DNA of 64,000 nt from Candidatus Poseidoniales archaeon (GCA_038110525.1 JAYNJV010000006.1:444-64443), one strand, 5' to 3'. Positions 35,650-46,668 are shown, counted from the first letter of the stretch. Program-made: numbers and translations. Notes: a model not told the origin generated them from the letters alone.

Positions 35650-36546
35650 ATGTTAAATCAGAAATTTTCAAAGACAACGAGCCTGCTATTGATTGCTACC
35701 ATGACACTTGCCTTTGCGGGCACGGTGTCTGCGGTCACACCGAACGAAAAGGGAGCCAACGGCCTCCCTCTATTCCTAAGTGATGGGAATGGCAACGACA
35801 CCCTCGAACTTATCACCTTCTTCCTCTTCTTCGTTGGCTATATCGCCATGGGTGCAGCCTTCATCTTTTTCATGTCGGAGCGAAACAGTGTAGCACCTCA
35901 GTACCGAACAACAATGACCATTTCCGCACTCATTGTTGGTATTGCTGCCTTTCATTATTACTACATGAGAGGCGTATACGCTGATTACGGTAATGTTTCC
36001 ATTGAGTACCGTTACATGGACTGGATCATTACAGTACCCTTGATGGCCCTCAAATTCCCATCCTTAGTGGGTAAAGATGCCATCACCGAAAATAAATTCC
36101 TCGGCATGGGTTTCACTGGAATTTGTTTTACTGGTGCCCTTATCATGATTGGTTTTGGCTACTTAGGTGAATCTGGAGCCCTTGGCAAAGTCATGGGTGC
36201 TTCCGCTGGTGGATGGGCTGGACTCATCCTTGGTGGGGTAGGTTGGGCCATGATTATCGTAGCAACCGGCACACCATGGACCTCGGGCAAAGGTGTTGAC
36301 AACAGCAAAATCGCCCCTGAACTCTTGTGGAGTGCCAACGCTCTTCGCTGGTTCATTGTCGTCGGCTGGATCATCTACCCAATCGGCTATCTTTGGAGTC
36401 CAGGAGCTGCGCTCGGGCTTGGTGATGGAAACCAAGAACTCCTCGCTGTGTTCTACAACATTGCTGATATCATCAACAAGATTGGATTCGGTATCGTTGC
36501 ATGGATGGGTGCGAAGAAGGCTACTGAAGCTCTCGCTTCAAAGTGA
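35650..36546 (+). CDS. Proteorhodopsin, DTK motif (MGII clade-B type), Met at spectral tuning site
   Basis: Signal peptide, 7 TM, helix-B His (FHY), helix C YRYMDWIITVPLMALKF, GWIIYPIGY, retinal Lys in YNIADIINKIGFG. TATA-like TTTAAGTA at 35613-35620. Confidence 0.95.
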   Translation: MLNQKFSKTTSLLLIATMTLAFAGTVSAVTPNEKGANGLPLFLSDGNGNDTLELITFFLFFVGYIAMGAAFIFFMSERNSVAPQYRTTMTISALIVGIAAFHYYYMRGVYADYGNVSIEYRYMDWIITVPLMALKFPSLVGKDAITENKFLGMGFTGICFTGALIMIGFGYLGESGALGKVMGASAGGWAGLILGGVGWAMIIVATGTPWTSGKGVDNSKIAPELLWSANALRWFIVVGWIIYPIGYLWSPGAALGLGDGNQELLAVFYNIADIINKIGFGIVAWMGAKKATEALASK

Positions 36547-36572
36547 AATCGAACCTGAGCGTTCGCCTCAAT

Positions 36573-37604
36573 TCACGACGAGAGGCGTTTGCGCATGATG
36601 GTTTCAAGAGTCCATGTTTGTGCGTACTTCTGCCACCAATAGGCTATAGGTATCCAAACAAATGTGTAGCCAAGAATCAGTCCGTAATGAACGGGGTTAC
36701 TTGCGTCCACCCAATCATGGAAGAGACCGATAGGGATGAAATGTCCTACGTACACCGTAAGACTCATCCTACCCAACGGCTCCATCTGTCTGGTCTTGAT
36801 TCGTTCATAGGTGGTCATCCACAAGATCAGTGTGCCCGTCGATGCTGCGAGTAAGAATGTGCTCGAAGCAGGGAAGAAAGTGAGAATCGCTTTACCCGTT
36901 GGGTCGGTTGCTAATGCCCATGGCCGAGTTGAAGCGATTGAGTATACCAATGTAGCAACGCAACAAAGCAAACCTCCACCGGCAAGCATGCTGTATGAGG
37001 ACGATGTTGGGTGATGGTACAGATGTGCCCCTAAGAGTGCAAAAAGTATCCACGGCAGTATTGGGTACTGTCCAGTAAGCAGCAAATGCTGGACAAACAT
37101 GCTCAGCGAAGTCGTTTCTATTCTTGCATTCCATGAAGAAGGTCCCATGTAATCGTACATCACGAAAGGAAGAAGAATCAAGGATGCAATTGCGAGTTTC
37201 TCTGCCCGTGGATAATGTGCCATCTGTGTCCACCACGGGCTTGTAAGATACAGCAAAGAAAAGAGTGTCAAAACGCCCGGAGTCCACATATCAAACAGTT
37301 GGGGGGCAGAAATGTTGACAAGAATTTGGCATACGGCAAGAAGACCTGCACGGTAGATGATTTTCTTGGCATTCAAACTCTTCGATGCTGCAATTCCCCA
37401 TCCAAACAACACCACAAACAATGGGGCGGCAAGTCCACCAATACCTGCAACGAGATAGGCAAGAGGTGAGGTTCGTGAGGCGTTGTCGGGCATCCACGTT
37501 GCTGCAGCGTGAACCAGAACCATGAACAAAACAGCAACGGCTCGAAGAACATCAATTGATGCATTTCGCCCTTGATGTTCCTGCTCGGTGTTCCCTTCCA
37601 TCAA
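36573..37604 (-). CDS. Membrane acyltransferase-like protein (HGSNAT-cat/DUF1624-type)
   Basis: RNASIDVLRAVAVLFMVLVH, AAPLFVVLFG, YPILPW, LGRMSLTVYVGH. Confidence 0.75.
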   Translation of the reverse strand: MMEGNTEQEHQGRNASIDVLRAVAVLFMVLVHAAATWMPDNASRTSPLAYLVAGIGGLAAPLFVVLFGWGIAASKSLNAKKIIYRAGLLAVCQILVNISAPQLFDMWTPGVLTLFSLLYLTSPWWTQMAHYPRAEKLAIASLILLPFVMYDYMGPSSWNARIETTSLSMFVQHLLLTGQYPILPWILFALLGAHLYHHPTSSSYSMLAGGGLLCCVATLVYSIASTRPWALATDPTGKAILTFFPASSTFLLAASTGTLILWMTTYERIKTRQMEPLGRMSLTVYVGHFIPIGLFHDWVDASNPVHYGLILGYTFVWIPIAYWWQKYAQTWTLETIMRKRLSS

Positions 37605-38449
37605 CCTTGACGGGTGCGTACATACTCTATGGCGTTTCGGAAGATTTGCAATCCTTCACCCTCCCATCCTTCGATGGTTTCGCTCGCCACCCGTGGTGCC
37701 GTTCCTCTGGCGTGGTCTGGATGCAGCCACCTTGCATACACCGCCTCAGGGTGCGGCATCAGACCAAAAACAAGTCCTGTGCTATCACAAATTCCTGCAA
37801 CATTCCTCATGCTTCCATTGGGTGAAAGGGGATAGGGGAGTTGGCTATCTGTTCGTCCTTGACCTACTGCACTGGTGGGGTCAACATATCGAACAACGAG
37901 TTGGTGGTTTGCATCGAGTCGGTCGAAATCTTCGGGGCTTGGCAGAACAAATTTTCCTTCTCCGTGTCGAACAGGACACGCCATTCTTGTGATGCCTTTG
38001 GTCCAAATGCAGGGGCTATTTGGGTCAAATTCAAGGGTCACCCAACGGTCTTCATATTTCCCGCTATTGTTGAGGGTTAGGCTTCCTCGTTGGATGAAAT
38101 CAGGAGTTGTTGTTGATTCTGGACCTGGGAGTAAACCTGTTTTGACAAGTGCTTGAAAACCATTGCAGATACCGATGATCGGCTTTCCAGCATCGACAAA
38201 TCGTTCCAATTGTTGTCGCAGTGCAAATCTCATCCGATTACCGAGAAGACGTCCGCTGCCGAGGTGGTCACCAAACGAAAACCCTCCCGGAACGGCGAGA
38301 ATGTCAAAGTCGTCGAGATTTTGTTCGTTGAGGACAAATCGGTTGAGGTGAATACGAATTGCTTCCCCCCCCACGAGGTCGAAAACAGCCTTCGTCTCGT
38401 AATCACAATTGATGCCAAAGCCGAACAATACGGCAACTTTTGGTTTCAT
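37601..38449 (-). CDS. purQ: Phosphoribosylformylglycinamidine synthase subunit PurQ
   Basis: GINCD, PGGFSFGD, GICNGFQ, PNGS, GLMPHPE; ATGA overlap with purL. Confidence 0.95.
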   Translation of the reverse strand: MKPKVAVLFGFGINCDYETKAVFDLVGGEAIRIHLNRFVLNEQNLDDFDILAVPGGFSFGDHLGSGRLLGNRMRFALRQQLERFVDAGKPIIGICNGFQALVKTGLLPGPESTTTPDFIQRGSLTLNNSGKYEDRWVTLEFDPNSPCIWTKGITRMACPVRHGEGKFVLPSPEDFDRLDANHQLVVRYVDPTSAVGQGRTDSQLPYPLSPNGSMRNVAGICDSTGLVFGLMPHPEAVYARWLHPDHARGTAPRVASETIEGWEGEGLQIFRNAIEYVRTRQG

Positions 38450-41400
38450 GCCCCCGCCTCCTTTGAAAGGTCGAGTGTGGATTGCCAAGATGTCGTCATG
38501 CTCTCAACGTCGGATGAAAGCACAACGTCGTCGCCGTCAACGATGTGAAGATAATTGCCTGCAGTCACTTGACCGAGGATAGTTTTGGAAACGCCCTTCA
38601 TGTGTTCAAGGAATGCAGAGTTGTTATGTGGGGCTACAGCAACCACAATTCGTCCGAGCGATTCGCCCCAAAGTCGTGCCCATAGAGATGCGTCTCCGGT
38701 GCCGTCGATGTCAATTTCTGCTCCGCATCTGCCACCAATACACATCTCTGCCAGAGCAACCCCAAGCCCGCCCTCACTACAATCGTGGGCGGTGCAAACA
38801 AGTCCTGTTTGGATAGCTGTGCTGAGGGCTTTGTAATGATTGATTTGTTGGTCTGGGTGTTCCACATACGGTGCTTTTCCACCAATACCCTGGCTACGAC
38901 CTTGTTCTCGTAACATAAACGCGAGTTCGCTCGCACCCAATTCTTCTTTTGAAGAACCTACCAAGTAAATGATGTCGCCTGGTTGCTTGAAATCGCTGGT
39001 CGCTGTTTGTCGGACATCGGGATGATTTCCAAACAATGAAAACAGGAGGGTGGGCGGGATTGAAATCTTGTTTTCCCCACTCCCGTAGTCGTTTTTCATC
39101 GAGTCTTTTCCACTGACGCAAGGCACAAAGTACGCCCTGCACATTCGCTCAAGTTCTCTATTCGCACGAACGAGTTGGGCTAATTTGAACTCTCCGTCGG
39201 GCGTCTTCTTGGATTCGATGGGGTCCGGCCAACAAAAGTTGTCAAGGCCAGCGATTTTTGACAAGTCCACACCGACACACACGGCATTTCTCACCGCTTC
39301 ATCAACTGCCGAGGCAACCATTGAGGTCGCATCGATGTCAGAATATCGTGGGTTAATTCCGCACGACACGACAAGTCCTTGGGTTTGCCCGTGAATGGGT
39401 GCTATTACAGCCGCATCACCGGGACCATCTCGATTGACGCCGGTGAACGGTTTTCCAACCGTCTGTGCTATGACTTCGTGGTCGTATTGGCGCACCCATT
39501 GTTCTTTGCTGGCAATGTTCGGTCGGCCAAGCAGGTCGAGAAGTATCTGGGCGTGATCTGCTTTCTTGGGTGGAGTGAAATCGGTGTGTTCTGGGGCTGT
39601 CCATGTCGCTTTAAGTTGCAATTGAGGAACGCCGTCGTGCAAAAACGAAAGGGGCAGATAAGCCACCGTCATCTCATCATAAGACACATGGAAATATCCA
39701 GAGTTGGTAAAGGTCGCAACCGCAGTAGCCTCAACTTCGTGGAGTCGGGCAAGGGCAAGGAAGTCAGCCACGTCTTCTTGTTTGACCGCTACGGTCATCC
39801 TCTCTTGGCTTTCAGAAACAAGAATTTCCCAAGGTGATAACCCCGGTTGCTTGAGGGGTACTTTCGCAAGGTCGATGTGGCAACCACCAGTGTATTCAGC
39901 CATTTCACCAATCGATGATGATAACCCTCCAGCGCCGTTGTCGGTAATACAGGTGATATAGCCAAGGTCTCTTGCCTCAATGAGCATGTCAAGCATTTTT
40001 TTCTGGGTGATGGGGTCTCCAATCTGAACTGCACTTGAGGGTGATTCTTCGGTCAATTCGAGCGATGAAAAAGTCGCCCCGTGGATGCCATCGTAGCCAA
40101 CCCTGCCACCAACCATGAAGACGATATCATCGGGCGAGGGGGTTTTGATGTGGGAGGGTCGGCCGTCTGGAAGTGTTCTCGGCATCAAGCCGACCGTACC
40201 GCAGTACACGAGCGGTTTCCCGATATAGCGGTCATCGAAGACGATGGCCCCATTGACCGTTGGAATGCCCGATTCATTACCTCCAACCCGCACACCTGCG
40301 TGAACACCGCGCAGCACCCTCGAGGGATGGAAGAGATTCTCGGGCAAATCGCCTTGCCATTGGGGTGGACCGAAACAAAAGACATCGGTATTGGCAATGG
40401 GTCGTGCCCCGAGGCCTGTGCCGAGAATATCTCGATTGACACCAACAATACCCGTCATCGCTCCGCCGTACGGGTCAAGGGCAGATGGTGAGTTGTGCGT
40501 TTCAGCCTTCATACACACGCTCCACTCTTCATTCCACGCAATGACGCCCGAGTTGTCATGGAAAATTGAAAGCAACCAATCGACCTCACCTTGCATGTCG
40601 TGGGTTGGCTTCATGATGTGGGTTTTAAACAACGAATCGATGGTGCTCTGCTCATTGGTTTCAGTATCGGTGTACTCGATGTTTGCTGCGAATATTTTGT
40701 GTTTGCAGTGCTCGCTCCAGGTTTGTGCTAAGCACTCTAATTCAACATCTGTGGGTGCAATTGGATCAATACCCACAGCGGTTCGCAAAGCCCGAATCGA
40801 TTCATCACGATAGTGGCCTTGAATGGTCTGCATTTCTTCTAAGTTCAGTGCAAGAAGACCTTGTTCGGAGATGTCGAGGAGTTTCTCATCTGTTGTTTCA
40901 AGGTTGATGGAGGTTGGCGTCTTGAACTGCTGGTCTGGGGGCGTTGGATATTCGAGTAAGTTCCATGCACGGGTTGAACAAGCGTTGGTGTATGTGATGA
41001 CCGCTTTTTCAATCAAACCATTGTGCATGCTCGCTGCAATTTGTTCGGGGTTTGCAGACGGGGGAAGGCCGTAAAACGCATAGGAGATGTAGGTTGAAAT
41101 CGATGTGTTTGTCGCCTCTGGAAAAAGTGTTTGAAAGCCGTCTTGTGCTGCTTTTCCTGGGTTGTCGGTGACACCCGGTTTGAATCCGACCGTGATGACA
41201 AGTTCGGGGGTCTGTGAAAACAAGAGTTCGTCAGAAAATGCTGGTTGGTTGCAATACCCTTGTTCGATAATAGGGTCTGTAAAGATATCATCAATTCGCT
41301 GAGCAATTTGTTCGGATGAAATGGAAGATTGAATCAAATATCCAACCGCTGACCTCACTTGAGCAACGATGAGATTGTGGTCTGATGCGAGTTGGCGTTG

Positions 41401-41481
41401 AACGACATCGCCTCGGACATCGCGCATTCCTTCGCCCTGTTTTGGGCTCACTTCGACTCGAGTAATGGTCATGGTGTGCAC
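38446..41481 (-). CDS. purL: Phosphoribosylformylglycinamidine synthase subunit PurL
   Basis: QTWSEHCKH, KAETHNSPS, DNGAGG, SESQERM, QYDHEV, GKDS, HDCSEGG. Confidence 0.96.
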   Translation of the reverse strand: MHTMTITRVEVSPKQGEGMRDVRGDVVQRQLASDHNLIVAQVRSAVGYLIQSSISSEQIAQRIDDIFTDPIIEQGYCNQPAFSDELLFSQTPELVITVGFKPGVTDNPGKAAQDGFQTLFPEATNTSISTYISYAFYGLPPSANPEQIAASMHNGLIEKAVITYTNACSTRAWNLLEYPTPPDQQFKTPTSINLETTDEKLLDISEQGLLALNLEEMQTIQGHYRDESIRALRTAVGIDPIAPTDVELECLAQTWSEHCKHKIFAANIEYTDTETNEQSTIDSLFKTHIMKPTHDMQGEVDWLLSIFHDNSGVIAWNEEWSVCMKAETHNSPSALDPYGGAMTGIVGVNRDILGTGLGARPIANTDVFCFGPPQWQGDLPENLFHPSRVLRGVHAGVRVGGNESGIPTVNGAIVFDDRYIGKPLVYCGTVGLMPRTLPDGRPSHIKTPSPDDIVFMVGGRVGYDGIHGATFSSLELTEESPSSAVQIGDPITQKKMLDMLIEARDLGYITCITDNGAGGLSSSIGEMAEYTGGCHIDLAKVPLKQPGLSPWEILVSESQERMTVAVKQEDVADFLALARLHEVEATAVATFTNSGYFHVSYDEMTVAYLPLSFLHDGVPQLQLKATWTAPEHTDFTPPKKADHAQILLDLLGRPNIASKEQWVRQYDHEVIAQTVGKPFTGVNRDGPGDAAVIAPIHGQTQGLVVSCGINPRYSDIDATSMVASAVDEAVRNAVCVGVDLSKIAGLDNFCWPDPIESKKTPDGEFKLAQLVRANRELERMCRAYFVPCVSGKDSMKNDYGSGENKISIPPTLLFSLFGNHPDVRQTATSDFKQPGDIIYLVGSSKEELGASELAFMLREQGRSQGIGGKAPYVEHPDQQINHYKALSTAIQTGLVCTAHDCSEGGLGVALAEMCIGGRCGAEIDIDGTGDASLWARLWGESLGRIVVAVAPHNNSAFLEHMKGVSKTILGQVTAGNYLHIVDGDDVVLSSDVESMTTSWQSTLDLSKEAGA

Positions 41482-41539
41482 CGCTTTAGAGTCACGGTAT
41501 TGCGGTCGCCCTTTGTAATATGCGCTTGGTCCACTTGGC

Positions 41540-44461
41540 TTAGCGATTCATCATCGATTGAAGGAATTGTCCGGTAAAGCTGTCTTCGTTCTTACTGATA
41601 TCTTCTGGGGTACCACTTGCGATGATTTGCCCACCTCTATCACCGCCTTCGGGACCCAAATCAATAATCCAGTCTGATGATTTGATGACATCCAAGTGGT
41701 GTTCAATCACGACGATGGAGTGCCCTTTATCTCGAAGACTGTGAAGTACTGTGATGAGTTTTTCAACGTCACTCAACGCTAAACCAGTCGTTGGTTCATC
41801 GAGTATATACACAGTATGCAACTTTGGTGTCCGACGAAGTTCGCTTGCGAGTTTGACGCGTTGGGCCTCGCCACCAGAGAGGGTTGTTGCGGGTTGACCC
41901 AAACGAATGTATCCCAAACCAACGTCGTTAAGGGTCGTAAGGGTTTGGTGAATTTTCTTATGGTTCTTGAAAAATTCAGTCGCATCGACCACAGGCATTT
42001 CAAGAACATCGTGAATGTTCTTCCCTTTCCAAAGAACTTCGAGGCATTCTCTTGTGTATCGCTTGCCCGAACAGATATCACAGGTGATCCACACATCGGG
42101 CAAGAAATTCATTTCGAGTTTGATTGAGCCCCCGCCTGCACAGGCTTCGCATCGGCCACCCTTGACGTTGAAACTGAAATGCCCTTTCGAATATCCTCGC
42201 TCTTTGGCAAGTTTTGTTTCAGAGAACAACGAACGAATATCGTCGAATACTTTGGTGTAAGTTGCTGGATTTGAACGCGGTGTTCGGCCAATGGGTGACT
42301 GGTCGATGATGATGGTTTTGTCAACGTGGTCCATACCTTCGATGCTATCGTGCCTGCCTGGAACCGTTTCCGCGCCATTGGAATGACGGAGGAGTGCGGG
42401 CGCTAAAATTCCAGAAATGAGCGATGATTTACCTGAGCCAGATACGCCTGTGACGGACGTCATGCATCCGAGTGGAATTTCAACATCAATGTCCTGAAGG
42501 TTATTGTGTCGGGCACCCTTGATGACGATGTGTTTGTTTTTCGGTTTCTTTCGCTTGTCAGGCCACGGAATGTGTCGTTTTCCACTAAGGAAAGCAGCTG
42601 TAATTGAGTCGGGTGCATCCATGATCTCAGAAGGTGGTCCATTGGCTACAATCGTCCCACCCTCAAGACCTGCTCCGGGCCCAAGGTCACACAACCAATC
42701 GGCTTGGCGAATGGTGTCTTCATCGTGTTCAACCACAAGAAGTGTGTTTCCAAGGTCGCTCAACTCACGCAGAGTCTTGAGAAGACGCGTATTGTCTCGT
42801 TGATGCAGACCGATTGAAGGTTCATCAAGAACGTACATGACACCAGTGAGTCGGCTCCCGATTTGTGTTGCGAGTCGAATGCGTTGACTTTCTCCGCCTG
42901 AGAGTGTGTTTGCTTTCCTATCAAGCGTAAGATAATCGAGTCCAACGCTATCGAGAAATCCGAGTCTATTTTCAATCTCGTTGATGATATCATGACCGAT
43001 AAACATGCTTCGCTCATCGAGTGGTTCAAGGATGTCGATGTAGGCGTCGGGTGGACTTTCTCCATCCGGCCTCCATGCACGTGTGAGGAGGAGGGCTTCG
43101 TGAACGGAGGCTTGGCTCACTTCGGGTAATCGAATACCACCAACGGTCACAAATCGTGCTGCATCGTTGAGTTTCTCACCACTGCAAGAGGTGCATGGAA
43201 GGTCGGTCATACAGGCGATGAGGCGGTTTCTAGTTCGGTCAGATGTGGTTTCTGTGTAGGTCTTTTGAAGGCGGGGAATGATGCCTTCCCACGGTTTGCT
43301 GTACTTGTATTCAGAACCCGAGTCGGAGCGAAATTCGTAGTGGATAATCGTTGAGCCTGAGCCGTACATCAGGATGTCTTGTTCGTCCTCGTCGAGAAGA
43401 CCGAACGGCATTCGTGTCGAGATGCCATAATGGTCGCAAGTGATTTCGAGTAACTTTCGATACCAAGACGGCGACATCGACTGACGCCATGGATTGACAC
43501 ACCCTTGACTGACGGACAAATTGTAGTCGATGACCAGTTCGTTGTTGAATTGCCGCTGCACACCAAGTCCTTGACATGCGGGGCATGCTCCAAGGGGTGA
43601 GTTGAATGAAAAGACGCGAGGTGAGAGTTCGGGCATGAATGAGCCGTGAAGTGGACAGGCAAAGTCTTCTGACCAGGCTTTGGTTTCACCGACTTCAATA
43701 TCGGGGGCATTGTGCTGCTTTTCCTTGGGTGCTTTGATGCTTTCAACCGCAACCGTGCCACCACCAAATCGGATGGCACTTTCAACCGCTTCGGTGAGTC
43801 GTTGGCGTTTGTCCTTCGTGCATTCAAATCGGTCAATACGAACATCGATGTCATGCCTAAAATTTTTGTCAAGGGTTGGTGGGTTTTCAAAATCTGCATC
43901 GTGCCCATTGACTCGCCCATAGAGAAGGCCTTGCTCAACAAATTGACGAAAGAGGTCGAGATGTGTTCCTTTTCTTGCTCGAATAACTGGACTCCAAATC
44001 GCCACGGCGTGTCCGCCGTAGTGCCAAAGAATGTCGTCAACGATTTCTTGAACCGTCAGGCGAGCAACTTCATCACCACATGTTGGGCAGTGGGGCTTAC
44101 CAATTCTTGCCCAAAGTAAACGAAGGTAATCTTGAATTTCAGTCACGGTGGCAACAGTGGACCGAGGGTTATGGCTTCCCTGCTTTTGGTCGATGGAAAT
44201 GGCGGGCGACAAGCCTTCGATGCCGTCGCAATCGGCTTTTTTCATCTGCCCAATGAATTGGCGAGCATACGAAGATAGGCTTTCGACATAGCGTCGCTGT
44301 CCTTCAGCGTAAAGCGTATCAAACGCAAGGCTGGATTTTCCAGAACCCGAGACTCCAGAGATGACCACGAATTGGCCCCTTGGTAGTTCAACGTCGATAT
44401 TTTTCAAATTATGAGTTCGGGCACCGCGAATCGAAATCCACCCCTGCTCACCCGCTTTCAT
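41540..44461 (-). CDS. uvrA: Excinuclease ABC subunit UvrA
   Basis: Two ABC ATPase cassettes (GVSGSGKSS, LSGGE), zinc fingers, DTLYAEGQRRY. Confidence 0.98.
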   Translation of the reverse strand: MKAGEQGWISIRGARTHNLKNIDVELPRGQFVVISGVSGSGKSSLAFDTLYAEGQRRYVESLSSYARQFIGQMKKADCDGIEGLSPAISIDQKQGSHNPRSTVATVTEIQDYLRLLWARIGKPHCPTCGDEVARLTVQEIVDDILWHYGGHAVAIWSPVIRARKGTHLDLFRQFVEQGLLYGRVNGHDADFENPPTLDKNFRHDIDVRIDRFECTKDKRQRLTEAVESAIRFGGGTVAVESIKAPKEKQHNAPDIEVGETKAWSEDFACPLHGSFMPELSPRVFSFNSPLGACPACQGLGVQRQFNNELVIDYNLSVSQGCVNPWRQSMSPSWYRKLLEITCDHYGISTRMPFGLLDEDEQDILMYGSGSTIIHYEFRSDSGSEYKYSKPWEGIIPRLQKTYTETTSDRTRNRLIACMTDLPCTSCSGEKLNDAARFVTVGGIRLPEVSQASVHEALLLTRAWRPDGESPPDAYIDILEPLDERSMFIGHDIINEIENRLGFLDSVGLDYLTLDRKANTLSGGESQRIRLATQIGSRLTGVMYVLDEPSIGLHQRDNTRLLKTLRELSDLGNTLLVVEHDEDTIRQADWLCDLGPGAGLEGGTIVANGPPSEIMDAPDSITAAFLSGKRHIPWPDKRKKPKNKHIVIKGARHNNLQDIDVEIPLGCMTSVTGVSGSGKSSLISGILAPALLRHSNGAETVPGRHDSIEGMDHVDKTIIIDQSPIGRTPRSNPATYTKVFDDIRSLFSETKLAKERGYSKGHFSFNVKGGRCEACAGGGSIKLEMNFLPDVWITCDICSGKRYTRECLEVLWKGKNIHDVLEMPVVDATEFFKNHKKIHQTLTTLNDVGLGYIRLGQPATTLSGGEAQRVKLASELRRTPKLHTVYILDEPTTGLALSDVEKLITVLHSLRDKGHSIVVIEHHLDVIKSSDWIIDLGPEGGDRGGQIIASGTPEDISKNEDSFTGQFLQSMMNR

Positions 44462-44510
44462 GCTATCGCCATTCCTTCGCTAATGTCAAGGGTTCTTGAA
44501 TGCCTGCTTT

Positions 44511-45392
44511 TCACAACAAGGACCATTCTTTAGGGTGCGGACTTTCAAAACGCATCGGTTCATCTTCTTCGGGATGAATAAATTCGAGTGTGGTGGCGTG
44601 CAAACAAATTCTCGAAAAGGGGTCGGTTGTACTTCCGTGTTTTTTATCCCCGCACACCGGCGTCCCAATGTATTGCATCGCCATGCGAATTTGGTGACGG
44701 CGCCCCGTCTCGATCATGACTTCAATCAAAGCGTTTTCGGCGTTCGATTGAACAACAGTATAATGTGTAATAGCGTCTTTTCCTCGCGGGTCGTTGGCAT
44801 TGGTTGCCCTCATGTTAAGGTGTTTATCTTCGATTAAGTACGTGTGAATGGTGTCTCTTGCCTTTTCGGGAACACCTTCAACCAGAGCTGTATACATTCG
44901 ATGGACTTCGCGCTGTGCAAATTGTTCTTGGAGGTCTTGTTGGATTGCTTCGCTTTTTGCAAACACCATGACGCCCGAGGTCTCTTTGTCGAGGCGGTGG
45001 ACGATGTGGCACCATTTTGTGTTGCTCGTGTGCTGCAAATAATCAACGCACCTTGAGTGGAGGGTATCCGTTTCCAATTTGTTGGTTGCGACGCTCAAAA
45101 GGGATGCTGGTTTATCGACGATGAGTAAACTTTCATCCTCAAAAATGATGGTGATGTTAGGTTGATATTGCAATTTTTTCGGGGGTGGGGTCTGTTCGGT
45201 AGCGACCTTTCGATTGAGCAGTTCGATTACATCGCCTTGTTGGAGGGGGTGTTTGGCTTTGACAACAACATCGTTGTTGACCAGTATTCTCGCCTCGGTC
45301 AACATTTTTCGGAGTGTGGTCGTGGTTGAATCTGGAAATCGTTTTCGCAATTCATCCAAGAGGTCGCACGATTCTTCAGCCGTCCATTCCAT
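44511..45392 (-). CDS. RluA-family pseudouridine synthase with S4-like N-terminus
   Basis: HRLDKETSG, TGRRHQIR, CGDKKHG, LHA. Confidence 0.92.
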   Translation of the reverse strand: MEWTAEESCDLLDELRKRFPDSTTTTLRKMLTEARILVNNDVVVKAKHPLQQGDVIELLNRKVATEQTPPPKKLQYQPNITIIFEDESLLIVDKPASLLSVATNKLETDTLHSRCVDYLQHTSNTKWCHIVHRLDKETSGVMVFAKSEAIQQDLQEQFAQREVHRMYTALVEGVPEKARDTIHTYLIEDKHLNMRATNANDPRGKDAITHYTVVQSNAENALIEVMIETGRRHQIRMAMQYIGTPVCGDKKHGSTTDPFSRICLHATTLEFIHPEEDEPMRFESPHPKEWSLL

Positions 45393-45402
45393 GAATACCG
45401 CC

Positions 45403-46608
45403 TCACAAGACGAGGACATCAATCCATTCATCGATGTCGGGGTTATGGCCTGGTGGTAGCAATGTGAGACCGTCTGCGGCAGATAAACTATCGAGGTTTC
45501 CACTTCCTTGGTGTTTGGGTTGGAAGGCGTGATAGCCTTCATCGGTGTGCTCGAGTATGACCCGTCGCAACGTCAAACAATCTGCTGTTCCTTTGATGAT
45601 GTCCCGAACTTTTGCCCTTGCTTTCTGCTCAATGGGTTGGGTTGAACCGAGTGATGAGCGGACATAAGGTGCGACAATCATACGAAACACCACGTGACTA
45701 CTCACTGGGTTGCCAGGAAGGCCGAAGATGGGGGTGCCATTCCAAAACCCGAATAATGGAGGAGAGCCGGGTCGAATTTTTACTCGCCAAAATTTGAGGT
45801 CGCCGCGTTCTTCCATGACATGACGCACGTGGTCAAATTCGCCCATGGAAACGCCCCCTGATGTCAAGATGAGGTCGCATTCTGCAGCAGCGACATCAAG
45901 GGCGGCCATCAACGCCTCCTTACTATCATGAACTGCTGGATAGCGTTTGGCTTCATGCCCGAGCCATTGTACGAGCGAGGCGAGACCAAATGAGTTGGAT
46001 TCGTAAATTTCGCCATAAGCAAGTGGTTCACCCGGTGGCTTGAGTTCGTCTCCTGTCGACAAAATGCCGATTCGAAAACGCTCGAAGACTGGAACGGTTG
46101 CATATCCCATCGTAGCACACATTCCCAATTGTGCTGGGCCGAGATAGGTGCCTTTGGCAAGACCTACATCGCCCTGTTTGATATTCTCACCTTTGTAACG
46201 TACGAAATTGGTTTTGGGTGGAGTAAGAAATCGAACTGTTGTTTCATCGATGGTTTCGGTTTGCTCGATGGGTATGATGGCATTGCAACCATCGGGCAAA
46301 GGTGCACCGGTCATAATTCGGACAGCCTCGCCCTGTTTCACATCGAGGGTTTGCTCATCTTTTGCTGCTTGAACTAAACCAATCACATGGTAGGAATCGT
46401 GTACGGTTTGGCCATCATAGGAACATGCAAAACCATCCATGGACGAATTGTCAAAGGGCGGGTCGTTGACGTTGCTCTTTAATTCCGTTGCAAGCACACG
46501 GCCAGAGGCGTGGTCTAAACCAACGTGTTCAGTACGGGTTGGAAGGGGATAGGAATGAACGATATTCAGTGCCTCATCCACGGGGATGTAGTACGGTAGT
46601 TCGGCCAT
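45403..46608 (-). CDS. moeA: Molybdopterin molybdotransferase MoeA
   Basis: PPFDNSSMDGFA, IMTGAPLP, STGDEL, TSGGVSMG, LPGNPVS. Confidence 0.95.
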   Translation of the reverse strand: MAELPYYIPVDEALNIVHSYPLPTRTEHVGLDHASGRVLATELKSNVNDPPFDNSSMDGFACSYDGQTVHDSYHVIGLVQAAKDEQTLDVKQGEAVRIMTGAPLPDGCNAIIPIEQTETIDETTVRFLTPPKTNFVRYKGENIKQGDVGLAKGTYLGPAQLGMCATMGYATVPVFERFRIGILSTGDELKPPGEPLAYGEIYESNSFGLASLVQWLGHEAKRYPAVHDSKEALMAALDVAAAECDLILTSGGVSMGEFDHVRHVMEERGDLKFWRVKIRPGSPPLFGFWNGTPIFGLPGNPVSSHVVFRMIVAPYVRSSLGSTQPIEQKARAKVRDIIKGTADCLTLRRVILEHTDEGYHAFQPKHQGSGNLDSLSAADGLTLLPPGHNPDIDEWIDVLVL

Positions 46609-46668
46609 GTGGTAACGAAGTTGTTCGCTCGTTTGAGTATGTGGGTTGATAGGTAATGCTATGATGAG

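Noticed and set aside
36200-36260. Carotenoid-antenna fenestration in the rhodopsin
   Set aside because: By manual alignment of helix E, the position equivalent to xanthorhodopsin Gly156 appears to be Leu; alignment by eye is uncertain.
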